Positions 10,847 through 19,687 of a DNA stretch of 64,000 nucleotides are shown piece by piece. Both the position numbers and the translations under genes were made by a program. Where the stretch lies: positions 416,001-480,000 of the forward strand of contig CAVYGN010000001.1 of assembly GCA_963768055.1 (NCBI GenBank), read 5' to 3'. The notes beneath the pieces were generated by a model. It searched no databases and was not told where the DNA came from. It saw only the letters and a program-made list of their open reading frames with translations. The stretch comes from an uncultured Spirochaetota bacterium. GTDB lineage: Bacteria > Spirochaetota > Brevinematia > Brevinematales > JAOACQ01. Each line of letters begins with the position of its first letter. Position 1 is the stretch's first letter.

Positions 10847-10994
10847 ACTTATCGGAGGATAAAATGCCGGATCAAGTAGAGAGAAATTTCAAAGTAAAAT
10901 ACAACCGTGCTCATAAATTAATTCTTCAAAAATAAACAAAATTTAAACTGAAAGTTCACGGATGGGTTATATACTAGTAAAATGGAGGATGTTT

Positions 10995-11432
10995 ATGGAA
11001 AAGATTAAAGTACTATTTGTTTGTTCTCATAACTCGGCAAGAAGCCAGATGGCCGAAGCTTTTTTAAACCGGATCGGCGGAAATTTTATTGCAGAGAGCG
11101 CGGGTATTGAGGCGGGGATTTTGAACCCGATCGCTGTCGAAGTCATGAAGGAAGCGGGTATCGATATATCCGGAAATAAAACAAAAAGCGTTTTCGATTT
11201 TTATAAACAGGGTAAAATATACAATTATGTAATAACTGTTTGCGACAGTAAAACTGCGGAAAGATGTCCTCTTTTCCCGGGAACACTTAAATATCTTCAC
11301 TGGGACTTGGATGACCCTGCCTCATTCCAGGGTTCTTATGAAGAAAAACTGGGAAAAACAAGGGTAGTCAGGGATCGGATAAAAGAAAAAATATCAGAGT
11401 TTATTACTGAAGTAAACAAACTTGTCTCATAA
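10995..11432 (+). CDS. arsC: Arsenate reductase (LMW-PTP fold)
   Basis: CSHNSARSQMAEA P-loop, VITVC...CPLFP and HWDLDDP motifs. Confidence 0.9.
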   Translation: MEKIKVLFVCSHNSARSQMAEAFLNRIGGNFIAESAGIEAGILNPIAVEVMKEAGIDISGNKTKSVFDFYKQGKIYNYVITVCDSKTAERCPLFPGTLKYLHWDLDDPASFQGSYEEKLGKTRVVRDRIKEKISEFITEVNKLVS

Positions 11433-11446
11433 TCCGGGGACAGGTA

Positions 11447-11992
11447 TTATCTGGCGCCTGCATCCTTTAGCATCTTTACAGCCGCTTCATGCTTGTTGAA
11501 GGATGCGATCGACAGCGCTGACACGCCAAGGTATTCCCAGTTCAAATCAGTTCCGGCATCGATCAATATTTTCATTTCATTGGTATCCCCCAGGGCGCTC
11601 GCATGCATCAATGCAGTCAAGCTTGTAGAGTCCTTGAAGTTGGGATTAGCCCCCGCGTCCAGCAGCAATTTGATGATATTAGCGTATCCGTTATCAGCTG
11701 CGAACATTAACGGGGTTGCTGAAGAGAGGCCGTCTCCCTGATTCACGTCCGCTTTAGCGCTGATAAGAAGTTTGACAATATCTGCATGGCCCCTGTTCAC
11801 CGCGAAAATCAAAGGCGTCCACCAGTAATAATCTTCTAACATGCATTTCGCGTTGACATCTCCGCCGTTTGCTATGTAAGAAACTATGAAATTAGAGTCG
11901 CCTTTTGACGCCGCGTCGAATATGCTTTCCTTTGCGCAAGTCAACACCGGGAGTGCGATAATCAGCAACAAAAACAACTTTTTCATGCTCAA
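11447..11992 (-). CDS. Exported ankyrin repeat protein
   Basis: TPLIFA, TPLMFA and TALMHA repeats. N-terminal signal peptide. Confidence 0.9.
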   Translation of the reverse strand: MSMKKLFLLLIIALPVLTCAKESIFDAASKGDSNFIVSYIANGGDVNAKCMLEDYYWWTPLIFAVNRGHADIVKLLISAKADVNQGDGLSSATPLMFAADNGYANIIKLLLDAGANPNFKDSTSLTALMHASALGDTNEMKILIDAGTDLNWEYLGVSALSIASFNKHEAAVKMLKDAGAR

Positions 11993-12055
11993 TCCTCCTA
12001 ATAAGATATTCCGGAAACGATTAAAAGAATATAAGCCGCTTTCCTGAAAACATTT

Positions 12056-13282
12056 TCAGGCTTCATCCCCTGGTATATTAAAGAAATAAGGATTCACCGG
12101 CTTAAAACCGATTTTGCCCTCGCACCCTGAGGGGATAACCAGTGTAACCGCAGCGCCGTCCTGCAGTTTGCACTGTGCAAGCTGTTTATGGCTGTCATAG
12201 AAACTGGATTTGGTAATAAAAGCCTGTATTCCGGCGTTATCGATTTCAATTTCATCAGCTCTGAAAACAAACTGATAGCTCCCGTCGGGTTGTTTAACCG
12301 GTATTCCGAAAGGCAGTATTTTATCATCCCTGATTTCTACAACGATATGATTCACTTCCAGCTTTGATGTCAATTCCATTACACGGATATTTGCAGGATG
12401 CCTGTAAACGTCCTGAGTGTTGCCGAACTGGATCAGCTTGCCTTCATCCAGAACAGCAGTATAATCGCATAGAATTAAAGCGTCGTCGGGATCGTTAAGG
12501 CTCATAATAATAGTGGTGTTGTAAGATTGAAGAATCTTCTTGATAAAACCTCTCATTTCGATGTGATTTTTCTGGTCCAGATGACTCATAGGCTCGTCAA
12601 GAAGCAGCAGATCGTAAACCTTATTAGTTTCCCTGGCTATAGCGATCATTTGCTTAAACCCTTCGGGAATTTTCGAAGGGTAGCTTCCAAGGTAACTCTC
12701 GTCTATATGAAGTTCATCGATTTTATCGGCAGCCGATTTTTTCCGTTCTGTTTTCGGGGACCCTTTGATAAATTGAGGAAAATCGATATTTTCTTCAACA
12801 TTCCTGTTCGGGTAAAGCGCGTAATCCTGGAACACAAAACCTATATTTCTCTTTTGCAACGGTATGTTATCCAGTTTTTTTTTGCCCAGGAAAACCGAAC
12901 CGGGCTGGTAATTTTCCAGGCCGTTTATTGAACGGAGAAGGAGAGTTTTTCCTGAACCGGAAATGCCTAAAACCGCTAAAATTTTACCCCTTGGAAATGA
13001 GAAGGATATATCCTTTAATTGAAAACCGCCTTTCAGCAGATTTAAATTCTGCACCGCAAACAATGAATCGTCCGGGTTGGCGGCGCTGAGGTTTTCTTTA
13101 ACAAATTCCTTTTTTTGCTCGTTTATGAAGTCAATGAGGTCTGAATACATGATCCTGGTGGCGCTTCCCAGTTTGAATGCTTTCAGCCTCCCGTCGCCGA
13201 CCATATTATAAACCATCTGTTTCGATATTCCGAGGAATTTGGCGACCTCCTTGATATTCATCGCCATATCTTTTATATCCAT
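12056..13282 (-). CDS. Excisionase-like HTH (HTH_17) fused to a MalK/ModC-like ABC ATP-binding domain
   Basis: N-terminal MNIKEVAKFLGISKQMVYNMV..G.LKAFK. Walker A GISGSGKT, FVFQDYALYP, Walker B LLLLDEP. Signature motif and H-loop are degenerate. Confidence 0.8.
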   Translation of the reverse strand: MDIKDMAMNIKEVAKFLGISKQMVYNMVGDGRLKAFKLGSATRIMYSDLIDFINEQKKEFVKENLSAANPDDSLFAVQNLNLLKGGFQLKDISFSFPRGKILAVLGISGSGKTLLLRSINGLENYQPGSVFLGKKKLDNIPLQKRNIGFVFQDYALYPNRNVEENIDFPQFIKGSPKTERKKSAADKIDELHIDESYLGSYPSKIPEGFKQMIAIARETNKVYDLLLLDEPMSHLDQKNHIEMRGFIKKILQSYNTTIIMSLNDPDDALILCDYTAVLDEGKLIQFGNTQDVYRHPANIRVMELTSKLEVNHIVVEIRDDKILPFGIPVKQPDGSYQFVFRADEIEIDNAGIQAFITKSSFYDSHKQLAQCKLQDGAAVTLVIPSGCEGKIGFKPVNPYFFNIPGDEA

Positions 13283-13300
13283 AATCAACCGCCTGATAAC

Positions 13301-13349
13301 AGTATATCACATATTATAATGTATGTCAACAGATTATAATAAATTATAA
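13301..13349 (-). promoter_or_regulatory. Sigma70 promoter of the HTH-ABC gene with phased TTATAA repeats
   Basis: TTGACA-N17-TATACT with TG extension. TTATAA at 13314, 13334 and 13344. Confidence 0.6.
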
Positions 13350-13464
13350 CACTATAAAATAGTAATATGAATTTAATGCCAGCAGCCAAAAGAAAAATTT
13401 TTGCGGAAAATCCCGCCCGGGCTTATACTGATAAGTGTGTTTAAAAAATAAATTAGGGGCTCAT

Positions 13465-14595
13465 ATGAAAAACGGAATATGTCTTTTAACGGTTTTAAGC
13501 ATGTTATTAATTTCGGCCCTTTACGCGGACAACCAGGGTCAGACCCTGAAAATAGGCGGAAACTACGAGATTACCGGGAGCGTAGCTACTTTTGGAACTT
13601 CCTGCGCCAACGCCGCCAGGCTCTTTTTTGATAAGATCAACGCCTCCGGAGGGCTTCTCGGCAAAAAAGTCGAACTGATCATAGCCGACAACAAATCCGA
13701 TCCGTCGGAATCGGCGTCGGCGGTTAAAATGCTGATCGCCCAGGATAAAGTCGCGGCCCTCCTTGGACCGGTCATAAGCAGGAATTCGCTCTCCGCGGCT
13801 CCGATAGCCGAGGATGCCGGGTATATTATGATAACGCCGACAGCGACCAATCCTGATGTTACAAAAACGGGAAAATATATTTTCCGGGCCTGCTTCATAG
13901 ACGATTTCCAGGGAACAGTAATGGCGAATTTCGCTCTCAAGAACCTCGGGGCAAAAACTGCGGCGATATTCCTTGACAGTGCAAATGATTACAGCATGGG
14001 TCTTGCAAAGTTCTTCAAAGCTAGCTTCGTGAAAGGCGGCGGAAAGATCGTTTCTGAGGAGGCGTTTATCGCCGGCGACAAAGATTTCAGGACCCAGCTT
14101 ACAAAAATGAGGATGAAAAAGCCTGATATAATATACGTTCCCGCTTATTATCAGGAAGACGGGCTCATCGCGAAGCAGGCCCGGGAGCTCGGCATCATGA
14201 CCCCGATTCTGGGGGGAGACGGCTGGGATTCCGACCAGCTTGTTAAAATAGCCGGAACCGGCAGCCTTAACGGAATATATTTCAGCAACCATTACTCTCC
14301 CGAAAGCGCCAACCCGATAGCCCTCGATTTTATAAAAGCGTACAAGGACAGATACGGTTCGAGGCCCGATGCTCTCGCGGCGCTGTCCTATGACTCGGCC
14401 CTTATACTATATGAAGCGATAAAGCTCGCAGGAAGCACCGACACTGAAAAGATCAGGAAAGCGCTTGTCGGGCTGAAGGTAAACGGGGTTACGGGCAGGA
14501 TATCGTTCGATGAAAACAGGAACCCTGTAAAATCAGCGGTCGTCCTTGAACTTGTAAACGGTTCCCAGGTATATAAGACCACTATCGAGCCCTAG
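13465..14595 (+). CDS. livK: Branched-chain amino acid ABC transporter substrate-binding protein
   Basis: INASGGLLGKKVEL, FRACFIDDFQG and GGDGW motifs. Signal peptide. Operon context. Confidence 0.9.
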   Translation: MKNGICLLTVLSMLLISALYADNQGQTLKIGGNYEITGSVATFGTSCANAARLFFDKINASGGLLGKKVELIIADNKSDPSESASAVKMLIAQDKVAALLGPVISRNSLSAAPIAEDAGYIMITPTATNPDVTKTGKYIFRACFIDDFQGTVMANFALKNLGAKTAAIFLDSANDYSMGLAKFFKASFVKGGGKIVSEEAFIAGDKDFRTQLTKMRMKKPDIIYVPAYYQEDGLIAKQARELGIMTPILGGDGWDSDQLVKIAGTGSLNGIYFSNHYSPESANPIALDFIKAYKDRYGSRPDALAALSYDSALILYEAIKLAGSTDTEKIRKALVGLKVNGVTGRISFDENRNPVKSAVVLELVNGSQVYKTTIEP

Positions 14596-14612
14596 AGCAG
14601 GGGAGATACGCC

Positions 14613-15848
14613 ATGGAGGAATTCCTCGTAAACCTGCTTCAATACCTGATCCAGGGTATTTCCACCGGAAGTGTTTACGCTTTGTTAGCTCTGGGTTATA
14701 CGATGGTTTACGGAATCTTGAAACTCATAAATTTCGCCCATGGCGATGTATACATGGTCGGTTCTTACACCGGGTATTTTGCCGCCTCGTATTTTTTCGT
14801 CAATACGATGCCGCGCTGGGCGTTTATTCCCGTACTTCTGATTTCGATGGCTTTCTGCGCCTTTCTTGGAATTTTAATAGAAAAGGCGGCGTATAAGCCG
14901 CTCCGTCAGAAGCCGTCGATAGCTTACCTTTCAGCCGGCATAGGCGCCTGTCTCGGATTCTTCGCCTCCGTTTTTTTGAAATGGGACGCGCTCCTCTCGG
15001 CGGCAGCGGCCTGCGCCGCATGCGGTTTTACGGGCCGGCTTATCGAAAATAATGTTAAAATATCCATCGTTATTTTAATAGCCTCCGCAACAGGTCTTAT
15101 TGCGGGTATTCTTCCTGCCGTAATATGGCACACCCCTGTTTTCCCGGCCCTGGAGATTACGCTATTCTCCTTCCCGCTTTTTTCCTGGGCAGTTTATTTA
15201 TACCATAAACGCCCTTTCAAGGCAGCCCCACGTATAGCCTACCTGATAACCGCGATAGGGGTATCTCTCTTCCTCGAATATGCGATGATGTACTGGCAGA
15301 CACCTGACCAGAAATACTTTCCCCCGATTCTTAAGGACATTCCCATTGAGATCAGGGTGAACCCGGGTGAAAGTATTTTCATTTTCAGCCAGCACATTAT
15401 TTTCTTTTCATCCGCCGCGGTTTTATCCGTCATTTTATGGGTCCTCGTAAAATTCACAAGGATAGGCAGGGGAATGAGGGCCGTTTCCTTCGACGCCGAA
15501 GCGGCAAGGCTCATGGGGGTGAATGTAAACAACACTATCTCCTTTACTTTCGCGGTAGGCTCGGCGCTCGCCGGCGCCGCCGGCGTTCTCTTCGGGGCTT
15601 TTTATCCCTTCGATCCTCTGCTCGGGATCATGCCGGGCCTCAAGGCTTTTATTGCCGCAGTTCTAGGGGGAATAGGGAGTCTGCCCGGAGCGATGCTGGG
15701 AGGCATTCTAATGGGTATCGCCGAACAGCTGTCGGTGGGATTCGGAAATTCCTCGTTCCGGGATGTGACGGCTTTTATAATATTGATAGCGATACTGATG
15801 ATCAAACCCGGCGGGCTTCTAGGAAGGGGGACAAATGACAAGGTTTGA
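14613..15848 (+). CDS. livH: Branched-chain amino acid ABC transporter permease (with internal insertion)
   Basis: LGYTMVYGILKLINFAHG, GRGMRAVS and KAFIAAVLGGIGS motifs. Confidence 0.9.
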   Translation: MEEFLVNLLQYLIQGISTGSVYALLALGYTMVYGILKLINFAHGDVYMVGSYTGYFAASYFFVNTMPRWAFIPVLLISMAFCAFLGILIEKAAYKPLRQKPSIAYLSAGIGACLGFFASVFLKWDALLSAAAACAACGFTGRLIENNVKISIVILIASATGLIAGILPAVIWHTPVFPALEITLFSFPLFSWAVYLYHKRPFKAAPRIAYLITAIGVSLFLEYAMMYWQTPDQKYFPPILKDIPIEIRVNPGESIFIFSQHIIFFSSAAVLSVILWVLVKFTRIGRGMRAVSFDAEAARLMGVNVNNTISFTFAVGSALAGAAGVLFGAFYPFDPLLGIMPGLKAFIAAVLGGIGSLPGAMLGGILMGIAEQLSVGFGNSSFRDVTAFIILIAILMIKPGGLLGRGTNDKV

Positions 15849-16842
15849 CCCGCTTGCAAAGGTATTAAACCGGGATTGGGTGAAGGTCGTATTGATAACC
15901 GTAGCCCTTTATGTCCTGTGGTCCCTGATCTACAATTCGGTAAACGATTTCTGGAAGTTCAACCTCCTTGTCCTTGGAATAAACATAATCCTTGCCGTCA
16001 GCCTCAACCTCATAAACGGCTTTGCCGGACAATTCTCGCTCGGCCATGCCGGATTCATGGCAGTCGGCGGATACGCTTCGGCAATAATAACTTTATATCA
16101 TTCGGGAGAAATGTCGCAGCTCGGCATGCCGGGCTTTATGATCTTTTCGATTGCGGTGATCGCAGGGGGAATAACATCGGCTGTTTTCGGCTTCATAATA
16201 GGTCTGCCGGCACTGCGTCTAAAGGGAGATTACCTCGCGATAGCCACGCTCGGGTTCGGCGAAATCATAAGGCTTTCAGTCCTGAACGTCGATTACCTGG
16301 GAGGAGCTGCAGGGCTCAAGGGTCTGCCCGCCTATACTAACGGCAACTGGGTCTTTTTCATGGCTGCCGCTGCGGTTATCGTCGTATCGAACCTGATAAA
16401 TTCTTCGCACGGAAGAGCCCTTCTCGCGGTCAGGGAGGACGAGATCGCCGCCGAATCGATGGGGATCTCTTCAACCCGGTACAAGGTAGCCGCTTTCGTG
16501 ATCGGAGCCTTTTTCGCCGGGATTGCGGGGGCTCTTTATGTACACAATATAAGATTAGTCAATTCGGGCTCATTCACCTTTATGAAAACGGTCGAGATCC
16601 TTGTAATGGTCGTGATAGGAGGCCTCGGCAGCACAACGGGGGTGATCATAGGGGCGGTGTTTTTTACGCTCACGAACTCGTTTTTAGCCGATTATCCGTA
16701 CGAAAGGATGATAATATTTTCGATCATAATGATTATCCTGATGCTGTTAAGGCCGGAGGGGCTTATGGGCTCGCGTGAATTCAGGATCCCTTTTTTGAAA
16801 CACGGCTCCTTCGGAGGCGACAATGCCGATCCTGAAGACTGA
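15835..16842 (+). CDS. livM: Branched-chain amino acid ABC transporter permease
   Basis: GQFSLGHAGF, LRLKGDYLAIATLGF and AVREDEIAA motifs. Confidence 0.92.
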   Translation: MTRFDPLAKVLNRDWVKVVLITVALYVLWSLIYNSVNDFWKFNLLVLGINIILAVSLNLINGFAGQFSLGHAGFMAVGGYASAIITLYHSGEMSQLGMPGFMIFSIAVIAGGITSAVFGFIIGLPALRLKGDYLAIATLGFGEIIRLSVLNVDYLGGAAGLKGLPAYTNGNWVFFMAAAAVIVVSNLINSSHGRALLAVREDEIAAESMGISSTRYKVAAFVIGAFFAGIAGALYVHNIRLVNSGSFTFMKTVEILVMVVIGGLGSTTGVIIGAVFFTLTNSFLADYPYERMIIFSIIMIILMLLRPEGLMGSREFRIPFLKHGSFGGDNADPED

Positions 16843-17599
16843 GAATTTAAACAGGTCTTTCGGCGGCCTCAGGGCTGTGGCGAACCTCGGTTTTGAAATC
16901 GCGAAGGGAGGGCTTGCCGGACTGATCGGGCCCAACGGCGCCGGTAAAACCACAACGTTCAACCTCCTGACGGGTATAATAAAGCCCGATTCGGGGAAGA
17001 TCATATTCAACGGCAGAAATATAGCGGGACTCCCGCCTTACCGGGTGACAAGGCTGGGGATCGCGCGTACTTTCCAGAACATAAGACTTTTCAGGGATCT
17101 CCCTGTCCTTGATAACGTCAGGATAGCCTGCCATCACAGGATAAAATACGGGCTGCTGGAATCGATGGTTTTCCGTTTCGGCCGGTTCGGGGTTGAAGAA
17201 AGGGAAATAACTGAAAGGTCGAGGGAATTTCTCGATATATTCGGGCTCCTTAAATATTCCTCCGACAGGGCAGGCAGCCTGCCCTACGGGCTTCAAAGAC
17301 GCCTTGAGATCGCAAGGGCTCTTGCCACGGGGCCTCTGCTTCTCCTGCTGGACGAACCTGCGGCGGGCATGCACCCCGGAGAAAAAAAAGACCTGATGGA
17401 GCTCATCGGGTTTATCAGAAAGAAGTTCGATCTCACAATCCTTCTTATTGAGCACGACATGAATCTCGTCATGGGTATCTGCGAATCCATATTCGTGCTG
17501 GATTACGGGGAATTGATAGCCGAGGGGCTCCCGGCCAAAATAATGGCCGACAGGAAAGTCATAGAGGCATACCTCGGAGAAGAGGCGCCCGATGCTTGA
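16823..17599 (+). CDS. livG: Branched-chain amino acid ABC transporter ATP-binding protein
   Basis: GPNGAGKTT, LPYGLQRRLEIARAL, LLDEPAAG and IEHD motifs. Confidence 0.92.
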   Translation: MPILKTENLNRSFGGLRAVANLGFEIAKGGLAGLIGPNGAGKTTTFNLLTGIIKPDSGKIIFNGRNIAGLPPYRVTRLGIARTFQNIRLFRDLPVLDNVRIACHHRIKYGLLESMVFRFGRFGVEEREITERSREFLDIFGLLKYSSDRAGSLPYGLQRRLEIARALATGPLLLLLDEPAAGMHPGEKKDLMELIGFIRKKFDLTILLIEHDMNLVMGICESIFVLDYGELIAEGLPAKIMADRKVIEAYLGEEAPDA

Positions 17600-18296
17600 A
17601 GTAAATAATATCAATGTGTTCTACGGGGCGATACATGCAGTCCAGGGAGTGTCTTTTTCGGTTGACGAAGGCGACATTGTTACCCTGATCGGGGGGAATG
17701 GGGCCGGGAAAAGTACCGTACTCAAGACGATTTCGGGGCTCATGAGACCCGGGAGCGGGAGCATGACGTTCAATGGAGTAAACCTGGCGAAGGAGGAGGC
17801 CCACAACATAGTAAAACTCGGAATATCCCACGTTCCGGAGGGGCGCAGGATTTTTTCAAACATGAGCGTCCTCGAAAATCTTGAAATGGGTGCATACATC
17901 CGGCATGATCCGCTTCAGGTAAGGAAGGATATGCACAAGGTTTTCGATCTGTTTCCCAGGTTGAGGGAAAGGCTGCACCAGCAAGCCGGTACCCTGTCGG
18001 GCGGCGAGCAGCAGATGCTCTCGACAGCCAGGGGTCTCCTGTCGAAACCGAAGCTGATGCTTCTTGACGAGCCTTCAATGGGGTTGTCGCCGATGCTTGT
18101 AAAGGATATTTTCAACCTAATAAAGGAAATAAACCTGGGCGGAACTACGATACTCCTTATCGAACAGAATGCCAGGATGGCCCTCTCCATCGCCCATAAA
18201 GCCTACGTCATGGAGACGGGCAGGATAGTCCTTGAGGGCAGAGCCGGGGATCTCGCCGACAACGAAAAGGTTAGAAAGGCTTATCTCGGCGGGTGA
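17592..18296 (+). CDS. livF: Branched-chain amino acid ABC transporter ATP-binding protein
   Basis: GGNGAGKST, VPEGRRIF, LSGGEQQM and LDEPSMGL motifs. Confidence 0.93.
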   Translation: MLEVNNINVFYGAIHAVQGVSFSVDEGDIVTLIGGNGAGKSTVLKTISGLMRPGSGSMTFNGVNLAKEEAHNIVKLGISHVPEGRRIFSNMSVLENLEMGAYIRHDPLQVRKDMHKVFDLFPRLRERLHQQAGTLSGGEQQMLSTARGLLSKPKLMLLDEPSMGLSPMLVKDIFNLIKEINLGGTTILLIEQNARMALSIAHKAYVMETGRIVLEGRAGDLADNEKVRKAYLGG

Positions 18297-19507
18297 ATGT
18301 AGTTAGGATATTTCTTTCTGTATTCCTTCGGGGTTGTCTTCTCGATGATTTTAAAGGTCCTGTTAAAGTGCGTCACATTGTTAAATCCGACTGCGAAAGC
18401 AATCTCGGTTATAGAAAGATCGGTGGAGGTCAGGAGCCGTTTTGTTTCGGACATCCTGACAAAGTTAAGATACCGCCTGAAGCTCATTTTGTAATTCTTG
18501 TTCAATATATCTCCTATCCTGGCCTGATGAATACCCAAATCTCCGGCTATTTTTAACAATGAAAATTCCGGGTTTTTGTAATTAGCAGCGAAATAACTCA
18601 CGACCCTGTCGCTTTCGTTGTCCGCCCTGTTTCCCGCTGCGATTTTTTCATAGGGAACAGCAATGGCCGTGGTATTTTTTCTTCCCAGCAATAGAAATGC
18701 AATTGATATAACGGCTGAATAAACAACAAGGCCGGCAAATACCCGGAGCAATAATAGTGTGTGATCCTGTCCTATCATGAGTCCATTTACTGTAAAGCCG
18801 GCTTTTTTATCGACGGGCGACCGGTATCCGGTCTGGATTAAAAGGCTCAATATATGCGAATAGTCATTGTATGATTTAAAGTTATTCTTAATATTATTAA
18901 TAGCGAACCACCAGGCCTGGATCTGAAAATCTTTTAGAGGAATAAAATATGATCCTTTTTTTTGATTCATTACGCAGTCATAGCTCATAAATACATAAGA
19001 CATCGGATTATTTTTTAGCGTGATATTTTTGTCATAATTTATCAATTCGAAAAGGATATCTCCGCTCCCGGAATCCTCAACCTCCGCCCGGAGATAATCG
19101 TAACCGTTTAAATCGGGGAATTTATAACCGGTGTAGTCGAATACCAGATCGATTTCCTGATCAGGGCTGAGGCGGTTTAATTGACCGGCGCTTAAATTCG
19201 TTGGTAGTTTTATCCCTAACTGAATCCAAATCCCCGCTAACCCGGTAAAAGGAAAAGTATTATTATGCTTTTTCAACATGTATTCTAATCCGATTATATT
19301 TTTTGCAGAGGTAAACCCAAGGATCTCCGATTTACCATGAAACATGTAATCGTTAAATGGAAGTATCAAATAATTATGGAAATTTGGAACGATGCTTATA
19401 TTGTTTTTATATGAAGCCGCAATATAAAAAATCCCTGCTGCGATGGGTGCCGCTATTAAAAAAATAAGAGGGAGTATCGGTATTTTCTGCCCGGCGAATT
19501 TCAGCAT
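18281..19507 (-). CDS. Membrane-anchored AraC-family regulator with extracytoplasmic sensor domain
   Basis: Two TM segments flank a ~220-aa domain. C-terminal SITEIAFAVGFNNVTHFNRTFK..TPKEYR. Confidence 0.85.
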   Translation of the reverse strand: MLKFAGQKIPILPLIFLIAAPIAAGIFYIAASYKNNISIVPNFHNYLILPFNDYMFHGKSEILGFTSAKNIIGLEYMLKKHNNTFPFTGLAGIWIQLGIKLPTNLSAGQLNRLSPDQEIDLVFDYTGYKFPDLNGYDYLRAEVEDSGSGDILFELINYDKNITLKNNPMSYVFMSYDCVMNQKKGSYFIPLKDFQIQAWWFAINNIKNNFKSYNDYSHILSLLIQTGYRSPVDKKAGFTVNGLMIGQDHTLLLLRVFAGLVVYSAVISIAFLLLGRKNTTAIAVPYEKIAAGNRADNESDRVVSYFAANYKNPEFSLLKIAGDLGIHQARIGDILNKNYKMSFRRYLNFVRMSETKRLLTSTDLSITEIAFAVGFNNVTHFNRTFKIIEKTTPKEYRKKYPNYIHPPR

Positions 19508-19536
19508 AATCCAGATTTTAGCAAATTTAACTGAAA

Positions 19537-19610
19537 ATGTAAATTAAAACTTCGATTATGTAAATTTATTAAAGATCATGTAAAGTAATACTTCGATAAT
19601 GTAAATTAAA
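19537..19610. promoter_or_regulatory. Four phased direct repeats (core ATGTAAA), probable AraC binding sites
   Basis: ATGTAAA at 19537, 19558, 19578 and 19599 (spacing 21/20/21), between araC and the divergent hydrolase. Confidence 0.65.
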
Positions 19611-19687
19611 ATCTATCGCAATGTGTTAGAGTATTATCGATTGAAATTACTAAAGGATAATATTTATAAATCTAAATGGAGGTGACT

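Noticed and set aside
13507..17614. Long antisense ORFs (13507-14292, 16847-17614) and other shadow ORFs in the track
   Set aside because: They lie opposite well-supported genes and have no motifs. This is an expected codon-bias artefact.
19537..19610. Possible mini CRISPR array
   Set aside because: The ~21-bp period is too short, there are no unique spacers, and there are no cas genes.
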